Assembly: GCF_018977255.1 (NCBI RefSeq)
Contig: NW_024704743.1
Coordinates: forward strand, 69,938,001 to 70,002,000
Source of the DNA: Callorhinchus milii
Taxonomy: Eukaryota
DNA: 64,000 nt
Direction of reading: 5' to 3'
Part shown: one piece after another, positions 38,594-51,626 of the stretch
Position numbering within the stretch: the first letter of the stretch is position 1
How the letters are laid out: each line of letters opens with the position of its first letter
Program-made: the position numbers and the translations under genes
The notes under the pieces: generated by a model
The model's input: only the letters and a program-made list of their open reading frames with translations
Told to the model about the DNA's origin: nothing
Databases searched by the model: none

Positions 38594-39300
38594 CAGGCTG
38601 TGTGGCAGCCCAGCCAATTTACCTGTTCAGGGGACTAAATAAGCAGGTGTGGAGAATAAAGTTTAGAAGAAGATGGAAGGAAAAAAACCTTGGCAGAGCA
38701 AACACAAGTATTTCGTTTTTTTGAATAGCATTGATATTGCAGTAATAAAGCACATAAATAACATATAAATATACATCTGAAAAGGTGTAGAAGTAATAAA
38801 TGGAATTGTCTGGACCAGATAACAGCCAAAGGCAGCATTGTCGTACCCACATGTGGCTCGTGAACAACAGTAAACCATTCCAGTTGAAAAATGAAACAAG
38901 TCCCAGAAATCCTCCAAAACATTTATTTATAAGATTGTCACACTCTTTTTCAGCAAAGGCAACACCAAGAAGACCACATAGACAGCAGCAAAACACAAAC
39001 ATAAACAAATATTAGCAATATAGAAGCAGAAAAATTCGTTAATGTGAGAGTTGACAGCTGTTTTTCTCAACCAATTTCTGAAAATCCGGTGAAATCAATT
39101 GTGCAACCACATAGCACAGCTCTGCTGCCAAACTTTCATTTGTCAAGAGATTTATATTTTCCTTTGATGAAAGTGATGGCAGAAAATGCTGATTCACAGA
39201 GACGTGCTTTCTTCTGAAGCCAAGGTGGGTGTGAGCCACACCAAGTCCTTTCGTGAGCCACATGTGACTTGTGGCTCTGTTGTTCAACAGTGTTGACCTA
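38594..39300 (-). mobile_element. Internally deleted hAT (Charlie/SPIN-type) DNA transposon
   Basis: Minus strand LCESAFSAITFIKGKYKS / LTNESLAAELCYVVAQLISPDFQKLVEKNSCQLSH* matches the hAT dimerisation end; inverted cacatgtggctc motifs at about 38848 and 39255; left boundary uncertain. Confidence 0.72.
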
Positions 39301-41321
39301 AGGGTTAATTGATGCTCTATAATGGTTTGGATGAAGTTTTTCCACATATTACTCTACTAGGGAAAACAATTTGTTACATTATTGGAAAGTTGTAAACTTT
39401 GTATCAGTGGCCACTGGATTTCATATTGGAGCTTAATTCGGATGCATTATTGTGCCTAGGTTTGGGGATAGGGTGTGATCTAACACCCACAACTAATATT
39501 TAGGAATAGATAGAAAAATTGCGATGTTTTGTAACAAATTTGATGGAATGTTATTTAATCTGTTATGAAACATAACATTTTTTACTCCAACCTTATTATT
39601 AAAAACAAAATCTGTGAGGATATATCAGAAACGGCAGTGATTAAACACTATTTCAGATATGGTTTATGGCACATTTAATGCGAAAATGATGGACAGTGGC
39701 AGTCATAGTTATCCAGCTGGTGATATTCAATTCAAGATGTGATTAATATAATGTGCATGATGCAAGATGGTAGTAATTACCGGAAGTGATGTTTTAATAC
39801 CGCCAGTCACGTATAACAGCAAATATGCATAAATGCTCCTCAACACGGACAGTTTAACAAATTAACTTTGTTGTAGGCAAAACTCAGAAAATGCGATTGT
39901 CAGTTCATTTGAAATGTAGAAAATAATTCTAAGAAGGTGCTCTTGTCAGTATCCAGCTTTATTTGTCATGCTGCTAAATACACTGGAACTAGATTCGGGC
40001 AGCACAAAGCATAATGCATTGAGTACAATCTGCAGTATTTCAATCCAGCTGTTTTCAAAATCTACTCAAATGTATGCTGCAGGAATGCTTAAAAAGGTGT
40101 TTTTATCCCAATGCAGGATGCTTAGCCAAGCTATAGTCTACTTGGTTAAAAAGATCTGTTGTCTTGGAAAATTTTTAACCGTTATATAAAAACCTAACAA
40201 AATATTGGGAAAAAGTAATTTATCCCTTCAGACCTGAAAATCTTAAACAGTGGTTTCCTAATAAAGAATCTATATGATTTATTTATTCTTCTTTGGAAGC
40301 TAACTAATCACAGGCAAAACCTCCAGGAAGAAAAGCTCTTCCTGATAATCAAGGTAATTGATGGAGACACCAGCACATCAGTCTAATACAAACTATCTTC
40401 TCCTTCCATTTGCATTTCATACGTGACATTTCTGTGGAGCCAGAAGCACAGTAACCTTTCTGTTCCAGAGTATTTAGTTAGATATCTTTGTCCTTCTATT
40501 GATTTGGGGGGTTAGTAAATTTGGTGGGTAAGGGAGCTTTGCCCCCATTCTCTGGAACTCTCTCTAAATCCCTCCAGCTCACTTCTTCCTTCTCGGTTTT
40601 CAAAACCCATCTAAAAATCAAATCTTATTGCTCCTTTGACTAGCTCCTACCTCCCACTCAGCTCAAGTATAAAGTGCTTTGAGATGTTCTGCTATGTGAA
40701 AGGTGCTATATAGTGCAAATTACTGTGGCTTTATTGTTTTATTGCAAATTGCGCTTCCGCTCAACTGGCGCCAGTCTCCTGCTTATCCCTTGCACCCTCT
40801 CTCTGCTCCACCATTGGAGGTCGCGTATTCAGCCAATATGCCCCAAAACTCTGGAACACTCTCCCTCAATCCCTCCATCTTGCCTTTCTCTCTCCTTTTT
40901 CAAGTCCCACCTGAAAACCTTCATCTTCGACTGTGCTTATGGTCACCTCCCACCTACCCCTGGCTCTGAGTCAGTCACTGTTAAGCACTCTGAGATGCTA
41001 CTCTGCTTGGATGGTGCTATATACATGCAAGTTGTTGTTGTTTTCTGACACACGCAGAAATCCATCATTATACTTAATGCTATCCCTAATCCAAAACTAA
41101 TACTGTGAGTTCCACACATATATGGAAACGTTAGTGCAACACATAATTTCTGACACATATCTTTAAAGCCAAAGTACAGAACTGGAATCTATTTGACTTC
41201 AAAAATATTTTGTGAAGTAGTTTCTAGCTAACATTTTATTGATTGGGATGCTTACATAAGAAAAACAGAAGTATGTCACTGGAACTTTGCTTGAGCATGA
41301 TCTACTTCCCGAGTTGAATTC

Positions 41322-41775
41322 TTACTCTGCCTCCACCCTCAACTCCAGGACAACTGACGTCCTGATAGACTGTCTGTCTGACATCAAGTCCTGGATGAGA
41401 GCCAACTTTTTGCAGCTGAATGTCAGCAAGACTAAGACCCTCCTGATTGGCTCGCGCCAGCGCCTCCGCACCTCAGGCACAGTCAGCATCAGCATCCACG
41501 GTTGCATACTCCACCTCACATGGCCAGTCAGGAAACTGGGTGTCTTGTTCGACCTTCAACTGTCCTTTCTCCCCCACATGCACGCCATGACCCGCTCTGC
41601 ATTCCCCCATGACTCAAAACCCTACTTTTTGACCATACCTTTAGCCACCCTCCTACCCCCTCTGCCCTCCCTCATCTCATCCCTGCTCCCCACGCTCGGT
41701 TCCTGATACCCTGACAGTTCAGCGCCACATGACATGAAAGGTACTTACAAATGTAATTTGTGTTGTTGTTGTTGT
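41322..41775 (+). mobile_element. Internally deleted L2
   Basis: DCLSDIKSWMRANFLQLNVSKT joined directly to the 3' UTR and (GTT)n tail. Confidence 0.85.
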
Positions 41776-41896
41776 TTATATTGAATTGGCTTTTAAACTA
41801 TGTAACCAACCGCTTCAGTTAAGAGTTGTGCTTGTGTGGATATCAGATGGAAGCAGGATCAGGATCATCAGTGATACCTGCTGCAGTTAAATAAAC

Positions 41897-43170
41897 TGTA
41901 AATTCTCCTTTGCCCAAGGTAAATAAATAAAACTTTGATCTGCCAATGCCCACCTCCTCAACCATACTTTTTGATCGTTCTCAGTCTCTTCCTATAATCT
42001 CTATAATAATTAAGAGTCCTGGAGCTCTGTGGTTAGAGCACTTGCCTCGCAAGTGAGAGACCTGGGTTTGATTCCTGGCAGGGCGAAACGTTGGACAAGT
42101 TTTCTTACTCCACATGCCTCTGTTTACTTAGCAGTTAAGTAGAACCTGGTTGTAAGTCGATTGGCGGATCTCTTTCCCAGGGTAATAATTGCTTAAAAGA
42201 AATAATAAATTTGTCTCTTCAATCCACGACTGTTTGTGGGACATTGCTGTACGCAATTGGCTGCTTTGTTTCGCCACAAAATATACAATCAATTCACTTT
42301 ACAGTATATTCTGTGAAGCGCTTTGAAACGTCTCAAAGATGTAATAAGCGTTATATCAAATGCAAGAATTATTATTTGTATTATCTCTATATATCATTTT
42401 CCAAAACAGATTTGTTTCCAACAACAATTAATAATAATAATACATACATTTGGTACACAATACAAATTTACATTTATATAGTGATTCTCATGTCAGGAGG
42501 ACGTTCCACAGACTTAACAGTATTGACTGGGAACCCGAGCTGGGGTCCGAGCTGAGTGGGGAGGGGAAACATGACCAAAAGCACAGTCAAAGAGATAGGT
42601 CTTGAGATGGACCTTGAATGAGGTGAAGGAAGGAGTGAGTCAAAGGAATGCTGGGATAAAGTTAGCCTCGTATCAGCCAGGTGTCAGCCTCTCACCTCTG
42701 AGTCAGAGGTTGTGGATTCAAGCTTCACATCGGGAATTGAACTCACATGGATGACACTTGAATGCAGTGCCTGGGATATATTGCATTGTCAGCGGTGTGT
42801 CTGCCTGTTCAGGCGGATGTTAAAAATGCTGTGGCACTATTTGAAAACAAAAGGGAGTTGGACTCCCAGTGACCTGGCCAACAATCCCCAAATAAAATTG
42901 ATCATTCATTCTATGGCTGTTTGTGGGACATTACTGCGCTCAACTTGGCTGCTGTGTTCTCCTGAATTTGCGTAATTCCTTTATACTTCTGTTGGAGTAC
43001 AGGTCAGTATCCTATAATACTTTATCTAAGAGACCATTATCTTGACAGGACTCTTAATTATTATAGAGATTATAGGAAGAGACTGAGAACGATCAAAAAG
43101 TATGGTTGAGGAGGTGGGCATTGGCAGATCAAAGTTTTATTTATTTACCTTGGGCAAAAGAGAATTTACA
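41897..43170. repeat. 125-bp inverted repeat pair (41897-42021 and 43046-43170)
   Basis: Manual alignment shows one mismatch. Confidence 0.93.
42014..42378 (+). mobile_element. SINE, long-form subfamily
   Basis: Head, extra segment tgtttacttagcagttaagtagaacctggttgtaagtcgattggc, core and tail. Confidence 0.88.
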
Positions 43171-43339
43171 ACTGGCTGCCATGTTACGCCCACAAAATAC
43201 AGTCATTCCACTTTATAGTATATTCTGTGAAGCACTTTGAGACTTTTCAACAATGTGATAAAGAGCTATATCAAATGCAAGGATTATTATTATAACCAAA
43301 TCCTGTGCTGAAGAATAATGAATATTTTATTGCTTGCAG

Positions 43340-43449
43340 CTATGGAATTCCATGAAAACCTGCACAATATTGGAACCAAAGAAGGTCTTAAAGGAAGAAA
43401 ACTTCATAAAGCTGTCGAGAGTTTTACTTGGAACATTACGATACTTAAG
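43340..43449 (+). CDS. Coding exon C ((A)[36 protein letters not shown]); not in the ORF track
   Basis: ttgcttgcag acceptor and aag|gtaatc donor; 110 nt in phase 1/0; G from exon B plus CT makes an Ala codon. Confidence 0.87.
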
Positions 43450-43570
43450 GTAATCCAATGGTAACAGTACCAAATAGGCATGAAATATAGGCACTGCTGA
43501 TAAAAAAAGTTCTGGGAAGTTGACTGATCTGAGTGTCCACTCGACTTTAATGTTAAAATGAAAATGAAAA

Positions 43571-44226
43571 CAGTCTTTAACCTCACAGAAGTGATTATTT
43601 AACCATACATGTGTGCTTCATGAAGGGCAAAGACCATGTGATTTAATAATATATTTAAAAATATATAGGCTTCAAAGTTAGAATGTTTCTCAGCAAAAAG
43701 TCAGAGGCGAGAAAGAGTTAATAAAAAAAACTAATGTTCACTCACTAAACATGTTCATTTTTACTTTAGTTTAGTTTTGGTCAGTTTGAAGTACGCTTGG
43801 TAGAATCGTAAAAGAATGTTTCATAAGCCTATAATTATACAGTGAAGCTTGAACAAGATTTGATGGTATTCAAAGTATCAACTGTACTGTTCAGTGGATT
43901 TAAGTGATTAACACAAACATGATTTCAAATAACTAATAGGCTGTATCAGATTAGCAGATATCTGCTTTTTTTTAGAAAATTCTACTCATATTATTGTTCA
44001 AGAAGGCAGAACAAAAGCCTTTTGTGACCTTGGAAATACTTTTGTGTTTTTTCTCCAGTGACACTCATTGTATATTGCCCAAAGGATTTTCCAGCTAATC
44101 AACAAAATATCATCCTTAATGCATGTGCATTCAGGCTGCAGTTTACATCTTTAAATCACATGGTCTTTGCCCTTCATGAAGCACACATGCATGTTTAAAT
44201 AATCACTTCTGTGAGGTTAAAGACTG
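43571..44226. repeat. 76-bp inverted repeat pair (43571-43646 and 44151-44226)
   Basis: Manual alignment shows two mismatches. Confidence 0.92.
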
Positions 44227-46939
44227 CTTTGTTATTTTCATTTGTATTGCAATACTGAACTGACTTTAATTAACTAATATCAATTTAAAATCCAAGTTCA
44301 TAAGTTGAGGCTGTTTGTGGGTTTGCTGCTATTATATAGATAAAATATTAGTCATTTAACATTTGTATTTTTTCATTAAATGTAATGAGATTTTTATTTA
44401 GTATGATGAAATATGTATGCTTTACTAGAAGCTTATTTTGAAAGTTCTCATTCTTTGAAGCAGGGTCATCCTGGCTCACCAGAACAGTAAAGCAAATCCA
44501 ATTATTATATACTATAAATAATTAATAAGTTAAGTTAATAATAATGATCCTTTGACTTGCTACGACTTGCTAAATGATAGAAATTTCCTTCTGGTTTGAG
44601 GATACAGCCCTCCCCCCTAACCCCCCCTTTCACCTCAGCTCACAATTTGAGAGCTACATTCTGATCAATTTTCCATGTCCCTGTTCAGGACATAGTGTGC
44701 TCTTGACTCAGAATGAACGACACGTTGAATAGAATCTAAGTTCTGAGTCATTCGTTGGAAATAGAGGAGCAGTAAAATTGAATACTGTAGATCATACTGT
44801 AACTGTAAACACTGAATATGATGATATGATTATATATATAGGGAACAGACATTTTTAGGTATGTTGCTGAGGAAGGGAAAATCTGTTGTCTGATGATGGG
44901 CAGCTGATTATCAGTTTCTGTCTCTCTCTCTCTCTCTTCCCCTAGTATTAAAAAGCTGCCAATAAAATTCGAAAGTACGTTTTCTACTTTTAAGAGTAAG
45001 CATTTGAAAAATCCTAGGAGTTTCCACAAAATAATGAAATAAAAACATCAAAAAGGAATCCTTTTTCCACAAACTTTTCTTGATCGAATAAAGTATTCCA
45101 TATTTGAGACTCACACAGCATCATAATTTGATTCTTGTCATGTGGTAATGCAGTTTGACTCATCTGATTGAGAAAGGCTCATTGGAATAACCATGTAATG
45201 TCATCCTTAACGCTGGAAGCAATTTAATTCCATATTGTCACATACAGGTCGTTGCCACTGTCTGAGGTCAGTCAGAGTGGATATTGTGCACCTGTACTTT
45301 GAAATACATTAATTACAGCACATCTATCTGGACGTTAAAGGTTATATGCTGAAGCAAATTAGTTTAAATCTTGCATTTTCACTCCTTGAAAAAAGAAAAG
45401 CGCAGCCTATTTCTGCTATTTTATTGCTAAATGGCAGGACTGATTCCATTAACTGATTCTAAGGATGATGTGACATGACAGCAGGGATACAAGGATGTAG
45501 AATGCGTTTTATGGGAATCTTCAATAAAAAAAAAGATATCAATCATAGTCCTTAATACCTGTTATATGTGCAGTATTGCTTTCCATCAACATTTCTTACC
45601 TTATGTGAACGTATCATTCAGAAAGACAGCTCAGCAACATGGATTTCTCCTGGACCAATGTTAAAGCCACATCTTATGGGCTTTGAGATGGGCTCCAACA
45701 GTTCTTTCGTTGTTCATAATGGAACTCTTGTAGCTTTGATTTTTTTCTACTAATTTCCTTCATAATAATGGTCATTGTAATTTTATAAAATGATTTACCA
45801 TTTACAATGTTGGCACAAATTTTATAACATGGATTTTATATTTTGGAGTTTGAAAATAGCTTTGAGTGCTATTTGGTTACTTTGATAATAATTCTTGCAT
45901 TTGATATAGCGTATTATCACATTGAAATGTCACAAAGTTATCCGTAAAGTGTACCAAACATGTATGTGTTGCCAATCGGCACATGATAATATTAATCTTT
46001 ACATTTATTATAGCGCCTTTCATGTCAGGAGGACATCCCAAAATGCTTCACAGGATATACTATAAAGTGACTGTGTTTTGTGGGTGCAATGTGTGCCTAG
46101 AAGATGAATAATAATTTATTTGAAAACAAAATATTCTGATATATTGGCATCCAGATAATAGTTTATTACAACTTTTGTTCCTCAAACAATTACTTTCTCT
46201 TTGAGTTTTTCCCCTCCCCTATTGAAGGCATTTTGACTCTGTTTTCCTTCTTTTGAAATACTGTCTCGTCAACATCCAGTGTTTTTTGCAGCCTCAGAGT
46301 GACAAACTAAATTATCTTCAAGATTTCAAGTTTCAAGTTATGTTTTCACAGTTCAGTTAGACAAGTACCTGAATTAATGCAATTTGATCCAGTAGTTCGG
46401 AGTTATGCTACTGGACAGGATCAGGACAGCTTCCAATTTTCCACCATCCAACTAATTATATCTGATTTTGCCCTTGGTAATGGGAACTAGATCACACGCA
46501 GGACAAAATATTCACTCGCAGCAGAGCAGGAGTTAAATCAATCAGGGGGGACTTGGGGGAGTGCTGCTTTGTCAGAGGTGTTGTGCTTTGGATGTGACAT
46601 TAAAAAGTGGGTCCGTCTGTCTGTTCAAGTAGATGTTAAAGATCCCATGGTACTATTCGAAAAAAGAAGAGTTTCTCCCAGTGCACTGTATAGTGTTATA
46701 GTGGCAGTATATATCTGATCTAAGGTATCTTTAATTAGCACAGTACTGTAAATTACATTGTGGTAATGCTCAGGAAGTCATTTGATTCACAGATGGGACA
46801 GTATAAAGTATATCTTGTCTGTGGTTCTTAATAATGGTGTCTGAATGAATATAGATTTGTTTCGGGAAAAAAAGGGCCAACATTTTTCAGCCTTTCAAGA
46901 GATGAGACTAATAGTTTTAAGGGATGATAATATAGATTC

Positions 46940-47900
46940 TGCCCTAACCATTGTTCCCAGCAGGGCATTACATATCCTAACTCCTATGTGTGTGTAAAAA
47001 AGTTCTCCTACCTCCTCATTTGCTTATTTGCTAACTATCGTAAATTGATGCCCTCTAATTACTGACTCACCGACCAGTGGAAATAATTTCTCCCTTTTGA
47101 CTCTCATAATTTTAAAGACCTCTGTCAGGTCAGCCCTCAACCTTCTTTGTTCCACCAGAGAAAGTCCCAGTTCCTCCAGTCTCTGCTCATCCCACTCTGT
47201 CTCTGCTCATCAAACCACTCATCCCTGGTATCATCCTAGTAAATCCCAGCGACACCGATCTTTCCTAAAGTAGAGAAACCACAATTGCCCACAATAGTTT
47301 ATATTCTACACCTCCATTAATATAATCTAGGATTTCAATTGCTTTCTTGTCAGCTTCGTCCACCTGCCTTCCCATCTTTAAAGATGTATGTATGTTAACC
47401 CTCTAGGTCCCTCTGCTCTTTCACACTTAATATGCTACCACTTAACATATACTCGTACTCTTTATTTTTCCTCCCAAAATATATAACCTCATATTTGTCT
47501 GCATTAAATTTCTTTTGCCATTTAGCTGCTAAATCAACTAATCTGTCCATGTACCAGGGAAGGTGCTTACAATCTTCTCAATTATAAGCTACACATTTTC
47601 ATATTGTTTGCAAACTTAGGAGTTGTGCCTCTTATATCAGAATCCAAATCATTTATATAAATGTAGGAAAGCATTAGTCCTAACACTGACCCCTGGGGGA
47701 CACCATTAAATGCATGTCTCCATTGCAAAAAAACAACCCTGTTTCCCCATATTTTAGCCAACTTTTTATCCATGCTGATACCTTTCCATTAACATCATGC
47801 ACCGTTATCTTTTTAGCAAGGCTCATATGTGGCACCTGACCAACAACCTTCTGAATTCCATATATACCGCATCCACAGCATTACCTTTGTCTATCTATTT
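46940..47900 (-). mobile_element. Old CR1 fragment
   Basis: GVPQGSVLGLML...YINDLDS...KFANNMK and degraded 3' ORF2. Confidence 0.85.
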
Positions 47901-47934
47901 ATCCATGAGGAAGAATTGAGCAACCTTGAGCGAA

Positions 47935-48195
47935 TTTATTTGGGGGATTGTTAGCCATGACACTGGGAGAAACTCCCTTTCCTTTTCAAATAGTGCCGTG
48001 GGATCTTTAACATCCACCGAACAGGCAGACAGGACCTCAGTTTAACATCTCATCCGAAGGACGGAATCTCCGACAATGCAACATCCCCTCTGCACTGCAT
48101 TGGAATGTTAATTTAGATTATGTGATTCCAAGTCCCGATGAGGGGTTTGAACCCACAACCTTCTGACTCAGAGGTGAGAGTGCTATCAATGCCGA
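47935..48195 (-). mobile_element. Old Deu-type SINE
   Basis: gtgggatctttaacatccacc...ttgaacccacaaccttctgactcagagg. Confidence 0.8.
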
Positions 48196-48815
48196 GATAT
48201 TCTGCAATGATTTAAAAGTTAATTAATTGGGTGATATGGATGTAGGGAGCCAACAGTGAGCACTCACATCAAAAACAAGGAGTAGATTTTACAGTATAAA
48301 TACTAATGCTTAACACCAATGCATTTGCTGCTTTATTTCCCAGCTGGATCTAATTATTTCTGCCAAAATTCAGCAGTCCATTTATTATGACTAACTGCTT
48401 TTTGCAAACTGCAGTTTTTACATATCTTGGGAAAAAAATCCCATATTTTGCTGTTGGTATCGCTTTCCATTGTTGGCTGGTGTTTCTCCTACCACAACTG
48501 AAGTTGTGTAAATATTTGTCACTTACTGCACAGTGTATTTGATGGCCTATTTATACTCAGGATGTTTCAGAACGAATACAGAAAAAAGGTTCAGAAGTAC
48601 CGTGTTGGATCTGGGATCAGCATCCGCTTTACAATATAGAGCTGAAATAATAATATGGGATCTTGGGACCTGTACTGAAATTATGCAGTTTAGAAGTTTA
48701 AAGTAGAAGTGGAGCTGTAATGTGAAGCACTTTTTTGCTTTTCCTATATCTTTGTGCTGTACATATTAAGTTGCACCCACAAATATATTTCAGTAACAAC
48801 CTTCATTCTCCTCAG

Positions 48816-49049
48816 GGACAAGCTGATCTGCTGAAACATGCCAAGAACGAGGCTCTGGACAACCTAAAGCAGATCCATTATGCTGCTGTGTCATATGGCC
48901 TGAACAAGCCAGGCACCGGGAATGTCGAATCGTCAAAGCCGAGACGGAGCCTGGAAGCAATACCTGAAAAAGAAAGTGTGGTTATCGAAGCTGGAGATGC
49001 TGCCCCACACCAGAATACAACTGAAAAATCCATCAATGCAGCTAAATGA
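48816..49049 (+). CDS. Terminal coding exon D (GQADLLKHAKNEALDNLKQIHYAAVSYGLNKPG...SINAAK*)
   Basis: cttcattctcctcag acceptor, phase 0, 77 codons then TGA; same frame as track ORF 48735..49049. Confidence 0.88.
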   Translation, partial: GQADLLKHAKNEALDNLKQIHYAAVSYGLNKPGTGNVESSKPRRSLEAIPEKESVVIEAGDAAPHQNTTEKSINAAK

Positions 49050-50400
49050 ACATAACCACAAAAGGCATTTAGTTTGCACTTCACAGCCTTCTCGGGTTTG
49101 TTTTCTTGGTGAATCCTAAAGCACAATTCTGAGGGCTCTGATTAATGTGACAAATGGAGCAATGAATGTAACACTTCTCAAAGTGCGAGTATGCTACCAT
49201 CAGTAGAAATGTACTACTTTTCATAACAAGTAGTGGACTTGCCATTAAATGTTCACCTGCCAAACTAATATGTATATACAGTGTCACAGAAGATTAGTTC
49301 AGTGTAATTTTTTTTCTAGTTACAAATAATTTCAGTTACAGACTTTCAATTTCTTCATAGCGGAAAATGTACAATGCTGCCTTTTTACATTCTTTTTGTA
49401 AATGTAACAATTAATTCTCTTAAAATCCAAAATTCCCTGTCTGCACATGATTTCAAAATAGTTATTATACAGAAGAATGTGTAAAGTATATAAATACAAT
49501 GAAGTGTGTGTTGTAATGCTACCTTAACATTGTAAAGCTTGTTGAGCCACAAATGGAAAAGTATATTATTGATTGTGGTCACTGAAGCCTCAGTGCACTT
49601 TAAAGACAGCCATTAATCAAGGGAAAGATAGAAAAGGTTTACTGTAAAGCCTGCTCTTTGAGAGATAACTGTTAATGTCAGATAACTTTAGAAGTGCTTA
49701 TAGCTGGCATTTAGTGACCAAATAGGCAGCAGCTTATAGTAGGTTGTTGCATACAGTTATCATTTTGTGACATGTAAGTATCAAAGTCAAAAATGACAAT
49801 TTAATTTCCACAAAGAAGGATTTTTTTATGCCAGTAAACCTGTTAAAATATTGAAATATGGCAATGGTTTTTTCAGGGCAAAGCAAAGATATAGTTTGCA
49901 TATTAAAGAAAACAGCCATTTGAAAGTTATAAAAACCTGTGGCCTAGTTTACAAAACAAGTTTTAGTTTTGCCATTGTAAAACCATCTCTATTCTTTCAA
50001 ATTGCTTAGTGTTATAGTTTTCAGTTTCATTGCTGCATTCGGGAAGAAGATTGTCTTAAATTCATTACTCTGCAGTCACTGGAAAACAAGAAAAGAGCTA
50101 AGGTCCCTTTTACAGATACACCACCATACCCAGAAAGGTAGTTCCATTTTATTGAACTACAATTAGAATGCTTTTATTTCCATTTGATTTATTGCTTCAT
50201 TTTGTAGGCAACCACCCTCGATCCCCCTAAAAAAAGTGCAGTTATTGGGAATCAGTTTTGAATTTTTGACTAATATTTGGTATTTTTACATAACTCAATT
50301 TTTCTGTTTTGTAGTGAAATCTTAGTTTTCTTCCCAGTGGACACAAATCTATAATACAAAGACCTTAGTGGTGAAAATTAAAAGATCAGACTGATTCGGT
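49050..50400 (+). other. Probable 3' UTR of the gene
   Basis: AT-rich stretch after the stop with no recognisable repeats; ATTAAA candidates at 49244, 49902 and 50377; TGTATATA (Pumilio-type motif) at 49271; true end unknown. Confidence 0.55.
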
Positions 50401-51311
50401 GTGGATAGTCCAGGTTAGGGTAAAGTTTACATGCTCTGTAGAAAGATTAGGTTTCATTGGCTTTTCTCATTTCATTCTTTTTTCAATTATTTTAAGTAAT
50501 ACTTCACTATTTCTGAGGGACGTTCTTCGTAATTTCTTCATCAAGCTGATAGATAAGATGCCCATCCCAAGTCTATTATTTAACCATTGTTGCTTTCCAT
50601 TGATATTCATTGGTCCCATATCACTATGCTGTCCATAACATATTTACTTCTCTGTTCTATGTGTCCTTCCAATCCCATTCCCAAACAGATAAATATCTAG
50701 CTCCTTTCCAGGTTTTGCCAGGTTGCTGGGAATTTGTTCCACAGATCCTTTACACTATAAGGTGGGAGAGGGCAGAGATGCTTCAGTTCCGCTTCAATTT
50801 TGATTGTTCGCATTTGTGCCTATTTAAACTCACAACACAATTATGTTTTGTTGAAATGCGTATAGAATATTTTATACAATAACAAGATTACATTTGTATA
50901 GCGCCTTTCATGTCGGGAGGACATCCCAAGGCGCTGGACAGAGTATAGCATTTCAGACCCATTTTTAAGCATTTTTTTCCAATCAAATGGATTAATTGGA
51001 AGTCAGTTTGAGTGCTTGAATGCAATTCAACATTTATAAATCTTTCACTTAAAAGAGCTTCTCAAAATATAGTAGAGAACACTTGGTAAGGAAATGAGAT
51101 TTAAAGATGTTAAATCAAAGACATACCTTAAAGCAATATATTTTTAGAAGGCTTTTGATATCAGGAAAAAGTAGTTTTCTGAGGGATTTCTAGAGGATAT
51201 AAATATGGTTGGATACTATGGTTGGTTGAGTGTTTGGATATAACTTGGTTACTGTTTGGTGGAGTGAAAGGGAGTGTGGAGGTATCAATGTGTGGAGGTA
51301 CAACAGCTACA

Positions 51312-51626
51312 GAGTCCTGTAGCTCAGTGGTTAGAGCACTCGCTTTGCAATTGAGAGACCTGAGTTCAATTCCAGGCAGGTCGAAACCTTGAGCAAGTTT
51401 CCTTACTCCACACACCTAATAATAATCCCTCCCAAAAAAAAACAATAATAAATTGGTCATTTTCAATCCATGACTGTTTGTGGGACATTGCTGTGCGCAA
51501 TTGACGGCCGTGTTCGCCCACAAATATACAGTCAATTCACTTTACAGTCTATTCTGTGAAGCGCTTTGGGACGTCTAGAAGACGTGAAAAGCGCTATATT
51601 AAATGCAAGGATTATTATTATTATTA
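51312..51626 (+). mobile_element. Young SINE, full length
   Basis: Head, core and tail. Confidence 0.92.
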
